Shown one piece after another: positions 48,383 through 64,000 of a stretch of DNA of 64,000 nt (position 1 is its first letter; the number at the start of each line of letters is the position of its first letter). The stretch comes from the human T2T-CHM13v2.0 reference genome, Homo sapiens, in the NCBI RefSeq assembly GCF_009914755.1, contig NC_060933.1; one strand, given 5' to 3'. Under the pieces are notes generated by a model. It saw nothing but the letters and a program-made list of their open reading frames with translations. It searched no databases and was not told the DNA's origin. The translations under genes and the position numbers were made by a program.

Positions 48383-48688
48383 GGCTGGGCACAGTGGCTC
48401 GTGCCTATAATCCTAGCACTTTGGGTGGCAGAGGAGGGTGGGTCACCTGAGGTCAGGGATTCAAGACCAGACCGGGCAACATGGCGAAACCCCGTCTCTA
48501 CTAAAAATACAAAAATTAGCCAGGTGTGGTGGCAGGCACCTGTCATCCCAGTTATTCTGGAGGCTGAGGCAGGAGAATTGCTTGAACCCCGGGGACAGAG
48601 TTTGCAGTGAGCCAAGATAACACCACTTCACTCCAGCATAGGCAAAAGAGCGAGACTCCATCTCAAAAATAAAAATAAAATAATAAAA
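48383..48688 (+). mobile_element. AluSx (intron 1, sense)
   Basis: Full Alu. Confidence 0.9.
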
Positions 48689-49759
48689 AGTTCTATTAAT
48701 TTAGAAACATTATTTTAAAATAATGGGTAGAAGATTTGAATACTGGTTAACTCAGAAGAATGGAAATTGCAAGGATGGCAGGAATTACTTTCTATATTTT
48801 GGGATTATTTCACTTACCATAATAACCAGTATTGTTCTAATTAAAAGAATTGACAACTCAGAAAGATCTTTAATTCCTCCATACCCTTTCCTCCTTTTAT
48901 GGCAGAGACAGCTGGTATAATTGGAGAGCATCGCCCCACCAGTTAGGTAAAGTTGATCTTTTTTCATAATAGCTAGGGGAGTGGCAAATGAGCAAATTGA
49001 AGAGAATGAAAGGAAAAAAAATGTTTCCATCTCCTGTGGCCCCCAGCTCCAATCCCCAGGGATATTCCCATGACCTAGACTCATCATAACTTAAAGAAGG
49101 ACCTCATAGGCATTTTGCCATTTAGAACTTAAAATGTGTTTTGTTTTTCATAGAGGTAGTGTTATAAATCATTGTTATATCCTCCAGTCAGATCTGAAAA
49201 GGTATTTGGCTGCAATATAGTTCAAATTTTTCAATGAAAAAGTAGTAGGAAACTACTGTTTGCTGGTAACTGTAGAAAACAAATATGAGTTAAGTAGGAG
49301 GTAGTATGGATTTTTCATTTTTAAGTGTTTACCTTAAATTTGTGTTTGAGAAAAGGCAAGTTTAATTGGAGCATGAGGGAAGAAGAGGAGTGAATTTGGC
49401 CCCAAAAGTTAAACTGTCCATCTTCAAGCAGAAGGCCAGTTAACTCTTGGATCAAATAGATCCCTCAGATTTAAGCACAAATGAACAAGTGCCTGCCTAA
49501 CTTTCTTCATTAGATAGCAGCTCTGGGAGGATTTGAGATATAAGAAGAAACTAGGGCCTTTTCTCCTTTGATTAGGACCTCTGGTTTATTCTGAATCTAG
49601 ATTGGGAAGCTGTGGGATCATCTTGACCCCAGCTCCACTCACTGTCTCAACTACACTCTTCCAAAGCTGTTATCTCCTTTGCAAGGCAGTCTAGATCTCT
49701 ATACCCAGGAAGGAATGAAAAGAGATGAGGCTTAGTTACCTCTGTGGAGATCCACTGAG

Positions 49760-50290
49760 AACCCCAGAGTTGATATAAAGATTGTTTTAAACTGAAGAGA
49801 TTTGAGATTCAACAGATGCAGAGAGAAGCCTACTTGGAGTTTATCTGGCTAAAAGCAAATACATGTCACAAACGAGGGCTGACATAAATTCTCCCTTTGG
49901 AGTGAGTCTGTTCCCAGGAGAGAGGCCAAGAGTAAACCTCTGGTAGGGGTTGGAGGGGTAGTCTTTTGGCCCTAAGAAAAGAAAGACCACTCATACCTAT
50001 GTAGACAGACATTGTAAACTTGATCTCTCATTTGTTCTGAAAATACCATTTGTGTTCCCTAAAGAAATCTGTTCTTCCCAAAAGGTTTTTCTCCTGCTGT
50101 CCTTTCCTCTTCTAAGTTAGGTATATAAGCCCTAAATTCTAACTACTCAGTTATCACTGAGTGTGAGTGCACCTGTGTATGTGTGTTGCACATGTAAATA
50201 CACTTTTTCTGCACCTCAAATGCCACTTTTCTGCCATTGAAACAATATCCGAGCTCAGAATACCTTTCATCAAGGTCCTGTTAAGAACTT
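49760..50290 (+). mobile_element. ERV1 solo LTR (MER34-like)
   Basis: ataaagattgttttaaactgaag...aacagatgcag 5' motif; LTR TATA ggtatataagccc at ~50120. Confidence 0.5.
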
Positions 50291-50751
50291 TCAACAACCT
50301 TGAAGTTGGCTGATGGAACATTTAGACCTGCTATCCTTGGGTACAGCCCTAAGTGGGGCCCTCCAGTGGTCTCTGCTTTATGCAGTAATTCCCATTCTCC
50401 TCTGTGCTTATTCCCCAGTGACTCATCTTCTCAGTATGCTTCTGGCGTTCTGTTCTTGGGGTGGCATGTTTCTTTACATTCTCAGCCTTTCTGGAAAAGT
50501 CAAGGGACTTGCCTTTTCTGCCTAGCCCAACAACTCTCTGCCCTATTTATCCCAGTATATCTTATTGCCTCTTACTGGTAGAGGCAATTAAAGGTCTCAG
50601 GTATTCATTTCCTGAACTTCTCATTCTCACTTAACAAACTCACCTACATCTGTGTCCATCCTAGCCATCTCTCTTGAAGGAGCTGTCCCTCCTCCAACAA
50701 GAGTAGAATGATACCTCATTTTTAATATGCACTTTTACTGCTTACAGTTGA

Positions 50752-51063
<312 letters not shown>

Positions 51064-51066
51064 AAC

Positions 51067-51354
51067 TTTTTTTTTTTTTAACTGGGTCTCTGTGGCCCAA
51101 GCTGGAGCATAGTGGCATGATAATGGCTCACTGCAACCTGGACCTCCTGGGCTCAAGTGATCCTCCTGCATCAGCCTCTCAAGTAGCTCGGACCACAGGC
51201 ATGCACCACCATGCCCAGATAATTATTTATTTTTTGTAGAGACAGGGTCTCCCTATGTTGCCCAGGTGACTCTTGGACTCCTGGGCTCAGGTGGTCCTCC
51301 CACTTCTGCCTCCCAAAATACTGGGATTGTAGGCACTAGCCACTGCACCTGGCC
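51067..51354 (-). mobile_element. AluJ
   Basis: Antisense Alu. Confidence 0.85.
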
Positions 51355-52015
51355 TTGAACAGTTTTTTTTAGTGTTGGCTATTTGTGTCTTTTAGAGCTT
51401 GTCTGTCCTTCGTTAGTGTTTCTGCTGGGGTATTTATTTTTTCCTCACTTAGGGTAAAAAAAATAGAAGATATCCTCAAGAACAAGATAAATGCAAATAG
51501 CCAGAATTTCCGTAATCGAGAGGTTACAAAAAGTAACAGTCAAATAAATCAGAAAATAATTTTGTGGCAGTTAAAATGAACTACTCATTTAAAAGAGAAG
51601 TTGACATTTTAAATAAAGAACTCTTAACTAATAACACACTCAGATGTTTGTATTCTTTCACTTAGCAATGGATTCTGAAAACACAGTCCTAAATACAGAA
51701 GACATTTTAAGTAAAGATATGGCATTATTTATAGTAGGGAAAATTGAGCACAAATGTTCAACACGAAGGATTGTAAAGTGATTTATAATATATCCACACA
51801 CTGTGCTTTCTTAAAAAATACTCTGTGATCAGAAAGTTGGTCCCTTTTATGTCCAGGTTTTCATCTTAGTCCCCCACAATTGTGACACAAACCTCTGTAC
51901 AATATTGCTGACAAACCTGTGACCGTTTTTTTCCTCATTCCGCAGTTATGTAGGCTCTTACACAGTGATATAGTGGTAACCAGAATATACATGATCCTGT
52001 CATCATGAAGCTTAG

Positions 52016-52344
<329 letters not shown>

Positions 52345-52799
52345 TAACCTGCATTTGAGTCCTGTGATACTTTCTGATGACGCCTTGCAGTGGTTCAAGT
52401 GGAATTTTGCAAGTTGAAAGAAATGTCTTTAAGAGGTGATTTCACTCTGTGAGCTGAGAGGCAGTGTGGCTAACTCTTAATTCTTCTTCACTTCACTTTT
52501 GGCATATTGGTGTATTTTGTATAACGTTTTTGGATTATTTTGGATAAAATTATAGAAACTCTCCCAAGCTAAATGGGAACATTTTAATTGTATTGCAGTA
52601 TACTGTTTACATTGGTGGGTGATGACAGTCGACCTTTTTAAAATTTTAATGGTTCGTTGGTTTTATGTTTAGTTGCTTTTTAATACAGAATAAATACATG
52701 GTTGTAAAAAACTTAGTACAGATATAAGTAAAGTAAACAGCAAAGGTCACTGACATTTCCCATTCCCTTTACCCAGAGGTTACTTTCTGGGCATTTATA

Positions 52800-52970
52800 A
52801 TGTTCCAAGCCCTAGTCTCTACAACTTCATGAGGTAGGTACTATTATCTCCACTTTATGGGAAACTGAGGCACAGAGAAGTTAAGTGACTCGCACAAGGT
52901 CGCACAAGTTCTGAGTGGCAGAGGTGAACCAGGATTCAACCCCCGGCATATGTCTCCAGAGCCCAGCTTT
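52800..52970 (-). mobile_element. MIR
   Basis: ggaaactgaggcacagagaagttaagtgact. Confidence 0.7.
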
Positions 52971-53546
52971 TGTCAGAGTTGACCTATTAAGTTTTCAGAT
53001 GTGCCCATTTCTTATCAGAAAAGGGAAGAATGGCAGAGATACCTAAAGAAAAGTGGAAGGAAGGAAGAAGTAAGTGGATGTAAAGAGTAAAAAGGATGCC
53101 TGGCTTCTGAAGAGGAAGTAGACAGGGTAGTGAGAAGCGGTTAGGCACTTACTATGTTGTGGGCATTGCTGACTTGAAATCTGTTTCCTTCTCTGTAAAT
53201 GGGGGAAGGAGAGTGGTGGTAAAAAGAATAAATGATTAAGTACTCTATAATTGATAGCAATTACTAGAGTAGCATCATTGGATTTTGTATGAGAGGATGA
53301 GGACACTGTTAATAGCTCCTCTTCTCTTTTCAGACTGTCAGCATCTCCCTACTGTATACATGCTTGATTAATGCTATTAAATATGGTAGGTTCACTAAAA
53401 GAATGCCTTTGTTGGTGCAGTTAAAATGGTAATTTGCATCACTGTGAGTAGATCAAAGTGAGCTAAAAAGTTGCAAGTTTCAGGATGATCATAGAGCAAG
53501 AATGGCAATATGGATTATTGTGGTGGATCTGCATGTAGACTATTAA

Positions 53547-53873
<327 letters not shown>

Positions 53874-54450
53874 GATGTGATACTCTTGGATGGACTTAAA
53901 TTCTGAAAAAGAGACTGTGTAGCCTGAAAATGCAATTTAATTTATTATGTAGCAGTTCTCTGCTAGAAACATCTTTCTCAAGTGCAATCCAGATTGATCT
54001 TTGTTTTGAATTAAGGACTCTTGCATCCTGATTTTTTTTCCCAGTGTCAAGATAATCTTGGCAAAGATTACTAAAACCAGAGTTGGAAAGTGCGTTGGTG
54101 CAGAAACCTCTAGCCAGAATCTCTTAGTGGTCTTGATAGGAAACATAAAGCTTTCCTCTTTTCCAGGGGTCATCTTCTGGGCCTTAAGGTAGACCCAGCC
54201 TAAAGAGTGTCTTCATTCTGCATTTGCATTTAGATAAAAGCTGCCCTTTGGGGAACAGGCTGGAGAAAAGAAATAAGGGGAATACGCTTACTTCACTTAT
54301 ATCTTAAAAAGTATAGTTTCTGTTTCTGGAAAAACAAAGAGCGTAAGTGTTTATACCCATGGAATAATATTCCATCTTTGAACCTGTCAGTATATTGTTA
54401 CTGAAGGCTTAATCAGTTTTTATCTTTTTATAACTATGATCTAGGTCTAA

Positions 54451-55010
<560 letters not shown>

Positions 55011-55442
55011 TAGGAAGAATAATTACTGTGTTGAGTAATTTATTTGTTAATTGTTATAAAAACAATTCTCTATCCTTTCGGAAAAAGGGACCAAATGCAA
55101 CATAAAAATGTTTTCTCTTGTCACTGCACATTTAACTGTCACAGAGTCCCAGAATGTCAGAACTGGAAGAAACTTTGCTCCTCTAACCCAACCCCTTATT
55201 TTATAGGCACAGCAATAGTCCCAGGAAAGTGTAGTAATTTGCCTAAAGCCACCCACAGAAGTGGTTAGTACTAGAGCCAAAACTAGAACCCGTATCTCCT
55301 AACCCCATACCCTTCCCATTATATAGGAAAAGATATGTGGTTATATAAGTCTTGCAGAATTCTCTGCCATTTCAATATTCGCTTTACTAGGAAAGTTAAG
55401 TTGTACCTTTATTTAAACTAAGGCACACGTAGAAGGAAACTA

Positions 55443-55891
<449 letters not shown>

Positions 55892-56528
55892 GTATAATAC
55901 ATGAATTAAAAACTGGAAGTATTTTTTGTTTTGCTTTCTTTATTTGCCTTGTTTAGGTAATATTAAATGCTCAAGCAGTCTTCGTGAGTTTCAGGTGACC
56001 GTTTCTGATGAGAAAGAAATTTCCCCTTCTAAGTATACTAGAGGTTCAAGTATAATTCTTTTATATTTGCATGGGTTATCAGTGACATTGGAAGCTCTGA
56101 TTAGCCCAGTTAAACATAGTATAGCTTTTTAGCATCTATTTACATAAACTTGATGCTAGCAGATCCTTAGTGTGTGTTTTGTGTTGTTTTCCTAGCATTC
56201 TGATTTATTTTCCCAAATTACTGTTGGTCTCTGTACTCTCAGACTTATTCAGAAATTCAGCCTATCAGTGACCGTTTTTATAGGGACTTTAATAAACCTT
56301 TCAGAATTCTGAATAGAGCTTGTTTGAGTTCTGAGAAGGACAGGGTTTTTGTTTTTGTTGGTTTTGGGTGGGAGGGCACGTTAAGTACACAAATTAAAAA
56401 CTTTTAACATTTAAAACATTAATCACTTCCCTTATAGGGCTAATGAGAGGGAATCATACTTAAAGGCAGGTTGAGTGTACTCATGATTGATAAGAACTTT
56501 ATTTTCTTCCTATTCCAGAACACAAATT

Positions 56529-56852
<324 letters not shown>

Positions 56853-57409
56853 TAACAAGAAATAAGTACTGAAAAAAAATTGATGTGTAAATGTCACAAA
56901 TTTTCTAAATTTACACATCTATTTCATTTCAAAATAAATATGCTAATAAATGTTTTGGTAGACTGCCTTGTTTTGGTAGATTGCCTTGTTATTCCTACTC
57001 CCTAAGATACACATGTTGAAAGGATGTGGATGTTACATGTGTATGTGATATTCTAACCACAGGGTCTAAAACATGGGTTAAGAAAAGTTATCTCTGTTTT
57101 TATTTTGATTTACTAAAATCACCAATAAAGCTAACACTTGACTCTATTGATTATGGGCTTATGTTTTTAAACCTAGACCATGACTATTTCACTGAAATAT
57201 CCCATTGAAAGGAAAAAATGTTTTGAAATGTTACATTTTCTTCTTCTGAAATATTTAATAACACCTTAAGCAGCTGACCTGTTTTTTTAACTGTTTTTCA
57301 GCAGATATTTACATTTTTAAAAGTTACTCTACTCTGCATCATATAGTACATTTCATTGCATGGCAAAAACTTCATTACATGAAGCTTTCATGCTATTCTA
57401 GGTACGTAG

Positions 57410-57640
57410 CATAATAATGAGGACATGGATATTTATGAAGCCAGCCTGCCTGGCTTCAAATCATAGGCCCACTACAGTAACAGCTGGGCGATGTTGGGCA
57501 AGTTTATTTTCCTCATCTGTAAACAGGAGTGGTAATTCTGCCTACCCCATAGAGTTCTTGTGAGATCAGATGAGTTAAGGTATTTCTAGTGCTTTGAGCA
57601 GTGCCTGGCATTTAAATACTATGTAAGGGTTAAAGTTACT
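57410..57640 (+). mobile_element. MIR
   Basis: ttgggcaagtt...ttcctcatctgtaaa...cagtgcctggca. Confidence 0.65.
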
Positions 57641-58441
57641 ATTGTTGTTGGCACTTTAAAATAGAGAATCAGAACCAGCTGTGTAGCTGAGTTTTCTTGT
57701 TTGCAAAAGGAAGAGCTTGAATTAGATGTTCTTCACAATGCTTTCCAGGCTCCAATTCCTTCTACTCTAAGATTCTAATATTCCTTGGTGAAGGCTCATT
57801 CCCTCATTGGCACATTACTTGCCTGTGCTACTTGACCTGCAGCTTAGAAATTAGAGTAGGTTCTAATAAAGGCTAGTGCCAGGTTTATGCAAGATGTGGC
57901 CTCCAGGGAGCTGGTTTCATAAACCTGAGGCTGTTGACCTACTCCCTTTCCTGAGGTTATGAAGCTTCTTTATGGGCTTACTTGTAGGGCCCGTTCCTCT
58001 CTTGTAGCTTTCAGAGCAACATTCCCTGGTGGCTTCCAGGTGTAGAACTCTACAGTGTATGTCAGTATTGTCCAGAAATTAGGTTTCAAGTGGGCATTGC
58101 AAGCTTTGAAGGCACACAAAATATGCTGCTCAGAATGCACAGACTATTAAACCATTTACCCTTTCTGGCAGGTATAGGGTATTACAACTTGTCAAAGGAT
58201 TCTAATTGGTTTTGACCCACTTTTTAAGTTAGAAAATTTATTTGCTGATGTTAGAGACCAGTTCTTGAGTAAGCTGTTATTAGCAGCTGATTAGGAAAAC
58301 ACAATACTTCTGACCTTACCTTCTCCTGTTAATTATTTGGATTTAAACAAAATGAACATGCATGCCCTAATAGAAATAGGGATCATTTGATCTTGATAAA
58401 TCTTTGAGAACTGTATTTGTTACTTACAATACCTTAAATGA

Positions 58442-59047
<606 letters not shown>

Positions 59048-60102
59048 GAAAGTGGTGGCTTTTTACTTTTTATGTAAGTCCCAATTTTAAAGATCAGGGC
59101 CTCTCTAATTAGATGTATTTCTGTGGCTTTGCTCTCTCCCTGCCTGATATTGTGGTGGCATCCTTCAGAAGAGAATTTTTGGGGGTATTTTGTTTTGGAT
59201 CCACTTTTGAAATTCATGTATTGACTATATAGCCTTAAACATGTTCTTAACAATTTTTTTCTTCAGACTGGCCAAGCCATTATGTACTTTTACACTTTAA
59301 CAGAAAAGGCTATTTATGTTGTGTGGCATACCTGAATTGTAGATGGAACAAAGACAGCTCTATTTTAAGCTTTGGGTCGTGTAATTCATGATCTTGTGTT
59401 CTAGCTGGATTACAGTTGCCTAGAGTTTTGCATGGAAACGCCAAGATCCTCCTCAGTCTTACATATTGGGATAAGATATGAAAAGCTGAGTTTCAGTGCC
59501 ACTTGGGTTGTAGACTTGATGTGTGACCTTGGGCAAACTGCTTCTTCTCTCTGGGCCTCAGTTTCCTCACTTATAGCAGGGAGGATAATAATCCCTGCCT
59601 TACTTACCTCACTTAGGAGTTCTGAGAATAAGATAATGTACTTACTTTGCTTTGTAAGTTAATGTACTTATTTTGCTTTTTGTCCAGTTTGTGTAAGTTG
59701 TAGTGGCCAGAAAAGGGCTTCCAGAGGCAGGACTGGAGGCAGGGGGCTTAATGCAGTTTGTAGGGCAGCCCCACAGGCTGTGCTATTTGGAAGAGGGTTA
59801 TTTAGCATATAGGAGGTGTCTTTGAGAATCCAGAACAGACACTAGAGGGTAAGACATTTCTTCTCTGTTGTCTCTATTCTGATGTCAGAGTATATTAAAA
59901 TAAGTGGATTTCACATCACTTGTATAGAATGCTCTGTTGATACTTGAGGGGAAGACAGTTAAATTGTAGCTTCTTTTAATGAAGAGGACTTCCTGTCAAG
60001 AGTTAGAAGATCTTTTCCTTCCTAAACAATTATTGAGACTGCTGCAATACAGATTTAATTACCTTTTACTGAATCTCTTTGTGCATGTGTATATGTATTC
60101 TT

Positions 60103-60220
60103 TTAGAGAGGTCTCACTATGTTAGGCCAGGCTGGTCTTGAACTCCTGCCCTCAAGTGATCCTTCCATCTCGACCTCCCAAAGTGTTTGGGACTACAGGC
60201 CTGAGCCACCATGTCCGGCT
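60103..60220 (-). mobile_element. FLAM/left Alu monomer
   Basis: Single antisense left arm. Confidence 0.75.
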
Positions 60221-60581
60221 GAGTCTCTTTATTTTTACATTTCTTTAAGTTGTCCATATTTAAGAGCTTATTTCTCATAAATGTGATGCCTCACCAGTGC
60301 TCCATGCATTTTGCCCTTTTTCCTATTACAGGTATACCCAGATACTCGGGCTCTTACTAGTTTTATTCGTTTCCTTCAAACCAACCCCCATTTCCAGTAT
60401 TTAAGCCGACATTTACTGACTTTTGCTGCATCCAAGGACATGAACATTTGCCCATTGTATCCTTAAGTAACCCAGAGAAGAGAGAATGACTGTCCTCTTT
60501 TTAGAGATGAGGAAGCTGAGTTTAGAGAATGTAGATAATTGCTCAGGAGAAATGGCAGAGTAGGGATTCAAATCTAAGTCT

Positions 60582-60948
<367 letters not shown>

Positions 60949-61112
60949 TCATGCCCAAATTTCCTTAAGCTGGGAATTCCAACAGGAGCACCAAATTTTA
61001 ACTGCTGATGCTTTCCCGTTCACATGGGCTACACTAAGCCTTTGTTTATTGGTTAGTGACAGACATACTAATCCTAGGTTGTGAGCATAAGAAACCCTTC
61101 TCCCCGCCACCC

Positions 61113-61432
<320 letters not shown>

Positions 61433-62169
61433 TTCTCTTTTAATTTTTAAAGAACAGAGTAGCAGGCAGTACCTTTTCACTGTTGGCCAGTTGATGACTG
61501 GCCATTACCTAGTTCTCGTGGCAGCCTGAATCCTCTGATTATCAGAAGCCTTTTTCAGTGTTGTAGCACACAGCAATGGAGCAGAAGCAAATACTGTGTG
61601 GGAGTTGTTTGCTTGAGTTTTTTCCTGATCTGGTCAGTAATGTATGAGAGGACCCTCTGGTGGCTGTGAAAGTCTCAGTCCCCCAGGATAGTGAAGGATA
61701 AAAAGTAATCTTCGTTGTGTTCACCATTTTTAGAGGATCTGCTATACCCATACATTTACTGGGTGCTTTATGCATGTTTTATTAGTAATTGTAAAAAAAA
61801 AAACCTTCGATACAAAGTGGATAGAAATAGCATGGCCCTTGTTTTATATTGAGGAAGCTAAGGCTTGGGTGAGGCTGAATCCCTTGTCCAGAGTCACACA
61901 CCCTGTGGCAGAGCCACAGGGCTACACACCAGAGCTATTTCGAAAAGCCTGGGGTCCCGCCATTCTGCTATACTTGGCACTCAGATTCCTGGCGGTGCTA
62001 GGTTGGTCTCCTGAAGTTCTAACTTGGAATTAAGTAAATCTGTAGGAGAAGGTGAAGGGGGGAAGAGTTGGGTCCATTTTGACTTCTGGCAGTATTCTTC
62101 AGTGGGGAAAAACACCATCCTCATCCTCATTAACCACATACATTTTGAACACCGTCTACTTTGAGCCCA

Positions 62170-62420
62170 GTTCTTATAGTCAATGCAATGATTGTGAATG
62201 CCTCTGCTTGCTACAGGGACATTAATCGAGAGACAAAGAAGGCATCAATTCAAACTTCCTTGGACACCTTTTTTAAGAGACCTGGGCCATCCAAACCATC
62301 CCCCAAAGCCCTTCTAAATTCTAAGAAGGCAAGCAAAATTATTGTTAATAAAATGTTTAATGTTTATTATGGCTAGCCTATTAGCTTACATCAAATTTCT
62401 GGTATGGTAGAGTTGTAATT
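62170..62420 (+). mobile_element. Tigger/pogo-like transposase C-terminal remnant
   Basis: Translation ACYRDINRETKKASIQTSLDTFFK resembles the CYxExxxEKK...QxxLxxFF ending of Tigger transposases. Confidence 0.55.
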
Positions 62421-63283
62421 TTTTTTAATCAGTATTTACACATTACATTGGGATCCTGAATAATCTGTGTGTAGTGTATTTTGTGCCTATTGGGCCTTAA
62501 AGCACAATTTTACTACTTTCAGCAGTTCCAGAGTACTACAGTTATTTGGGATTTTTGTTGTTTTCTTGCTTTCATTTCATTTTTCAAACTACTGATTGGC
62601 ATGTCCAAATTGTTTGAGAAGGGGTGCTTTGCCAGGAAGTAGCCAAAAATCTCACATAATTGTACAGTTTCAGAAACAGGAGAGCCTTGGAGGCCCTGTG
62701 TACTGGAAGAGTCAATGAAACTAGATAGAGAAAGGGCTTTTGGTATTAAAAAGCATTAGATAAATATCAGAGGTTGTATGTGTTTTTGTGCACCTATTTC
62801 TAGGAAATAATTCTGAAATATAAATGGCTCATTCCTTTAAGTGGAGAATTTTTAGAGTGAACCTTTTTGGAAAAGCTGCCTAAAGCTGACTCTAGCTGGC
62901 ATCGAGTCAGCCTTTGTGAAGAGAAAGCCAGTATGCTAGCTAGCCATCTGGGGTGGCATTGCAGCATTTTTTTCCTCTTTGGCAAGAAGTCATACCTGGG
63001 CTTCTGGAAGTCAGGGCCTGACTGGAAGGGAAGCTAATCTGAAAATTACATGATACAAAAGCAGCTCTATGACCAGAAGGGCTGGGGACAGCTTTCTTAA
63101 AACGTCAAGGAACTGACTATATAAGCACATTGTTTGATCCACAGACTCTTGGATCATTGTACAATTTGTGTTTTGAGGGGTGCAACGTTTTCCTGTTGCT
63201 GTAACCCTGCTGTGTGTTCCCTGCATGAATAAAACAAGTGTGGGAGCCTCTTTCTTCATCAAGAAGATGAAGTTCTTCATGTG

Positions 63284-63503
63284 CAGGGGTCAGTAGCCCT
63301 TTTCTCTAAGGGCCAAATAGTAGGTTCATTTGGCTTTGTAGCCTGTTTATATAGTCTCTGTCACAACTAGTCTGCTTGGCCATTTTAGTACATAAGGAGC
63401 CATACATAAATAAATGAGTGTGACTGTGTTCCAATGGAGCTTATTTTACAAAAACAAGTGGTGGGCCAGAATTGGCCACTGGACCACCGGTTCCCAACCC
63501 CTG
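63284..63503. mobile_element. MER58A (hAT-Charlie) DNA transposon
   Basis: TIRs CAGGGGT...ACCCCTG; internal aagggccaaatagta, tctctgtcacaacta, ctgtgttccaat. Confidence 0.85.
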
Positions 63504-64000
63504 CTCTAGAGCCTTGAGGCAGATTTTCACACCATTTTATATCTCCTCAGAACTACATAGATACCTTGAGTTCTGAAAATAAGGTTTTGTTTTGTCTGCA
63601 TTTCTTCTCAGGTCCTTGTGAGTGTTGTAACAGCTTTCCTAATAAAGCAGCAAAACCTGTTAAGCATCAACATTTATTTTTTTAGAAATTATTTTATGTG
63701 GAGGTCCTCTTAAAGTTTGTTTGGGTGTTTTTAGTACTATCTTCTTAGAGAATACCGAAGTTTTTCTCTTGATTCAGAACCATTAAAGGTTGTGTTTATG
63801 AAGCTATCCAGATATATGTAGTTATTGCCCCTATTCTGAAAGGCACCAGGCTATGTGCTACTTCACATTGGATTTGCCTTTCATAGGCTGCTCCCTCTTC
63901 TATCTACAAGGGTCTGCTGTCACTTCCTGTTGCTGTCTCCTGACTTGCCTATAGTGTAGTACCTCTGCCCTCTCAATCTCTTAATTTACCCTTAATCAAA

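Noticed and set aside
57897-57913. CTCF-like TGGCCTCCAGGGAGCTG
   Set aside because: Mismatches in the core GG positions; too weak to call without ChIP data.

Overview
Human/primate genomic DNA that is mostly interspersed repeat: about 40 Alus, one full-length but disrupted L1PA, old L1M/L2/MIR/MaLR/ERV fragments and DNA-transposon fossils. The only confidently supported gene is the 5' part of ANP32B on the + strand. It has a CpG-island promoter (~42.6-45.5 kb) and three phase-0 coding exons (43496-43549, 54571-54720, 58496-58618) encoding residues 1-109 of the LRR domain; the rest of the gene lies beyond the window. From recall of the 9q22 gene order, HEMGN lies divergently to the left, and a non-coding first exon may fall near 4.75 kb (weak support). 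I see no unambiguous new biological system. The best leads are: (1) a TCT/5'TOP start, 8-codon uORF and pre-AUG hairpin in the ANP32B leader; (2) stop-free, in-frame back-splice circles of exons 2/3 flanked by inverted Alus, one of them a very young AluYa-type insertion; (3) an L1 ORF0/antisense promoter pointing at ANP32B; (4) a PIP-box-bearing Tigger-like ORF in intron 3; (5) several fold-back template-switch scars; (6) a head-to-head Alu pair only ~10 bp apart. Repeat subfamily calls and boundaries were made by eye and are approximate.
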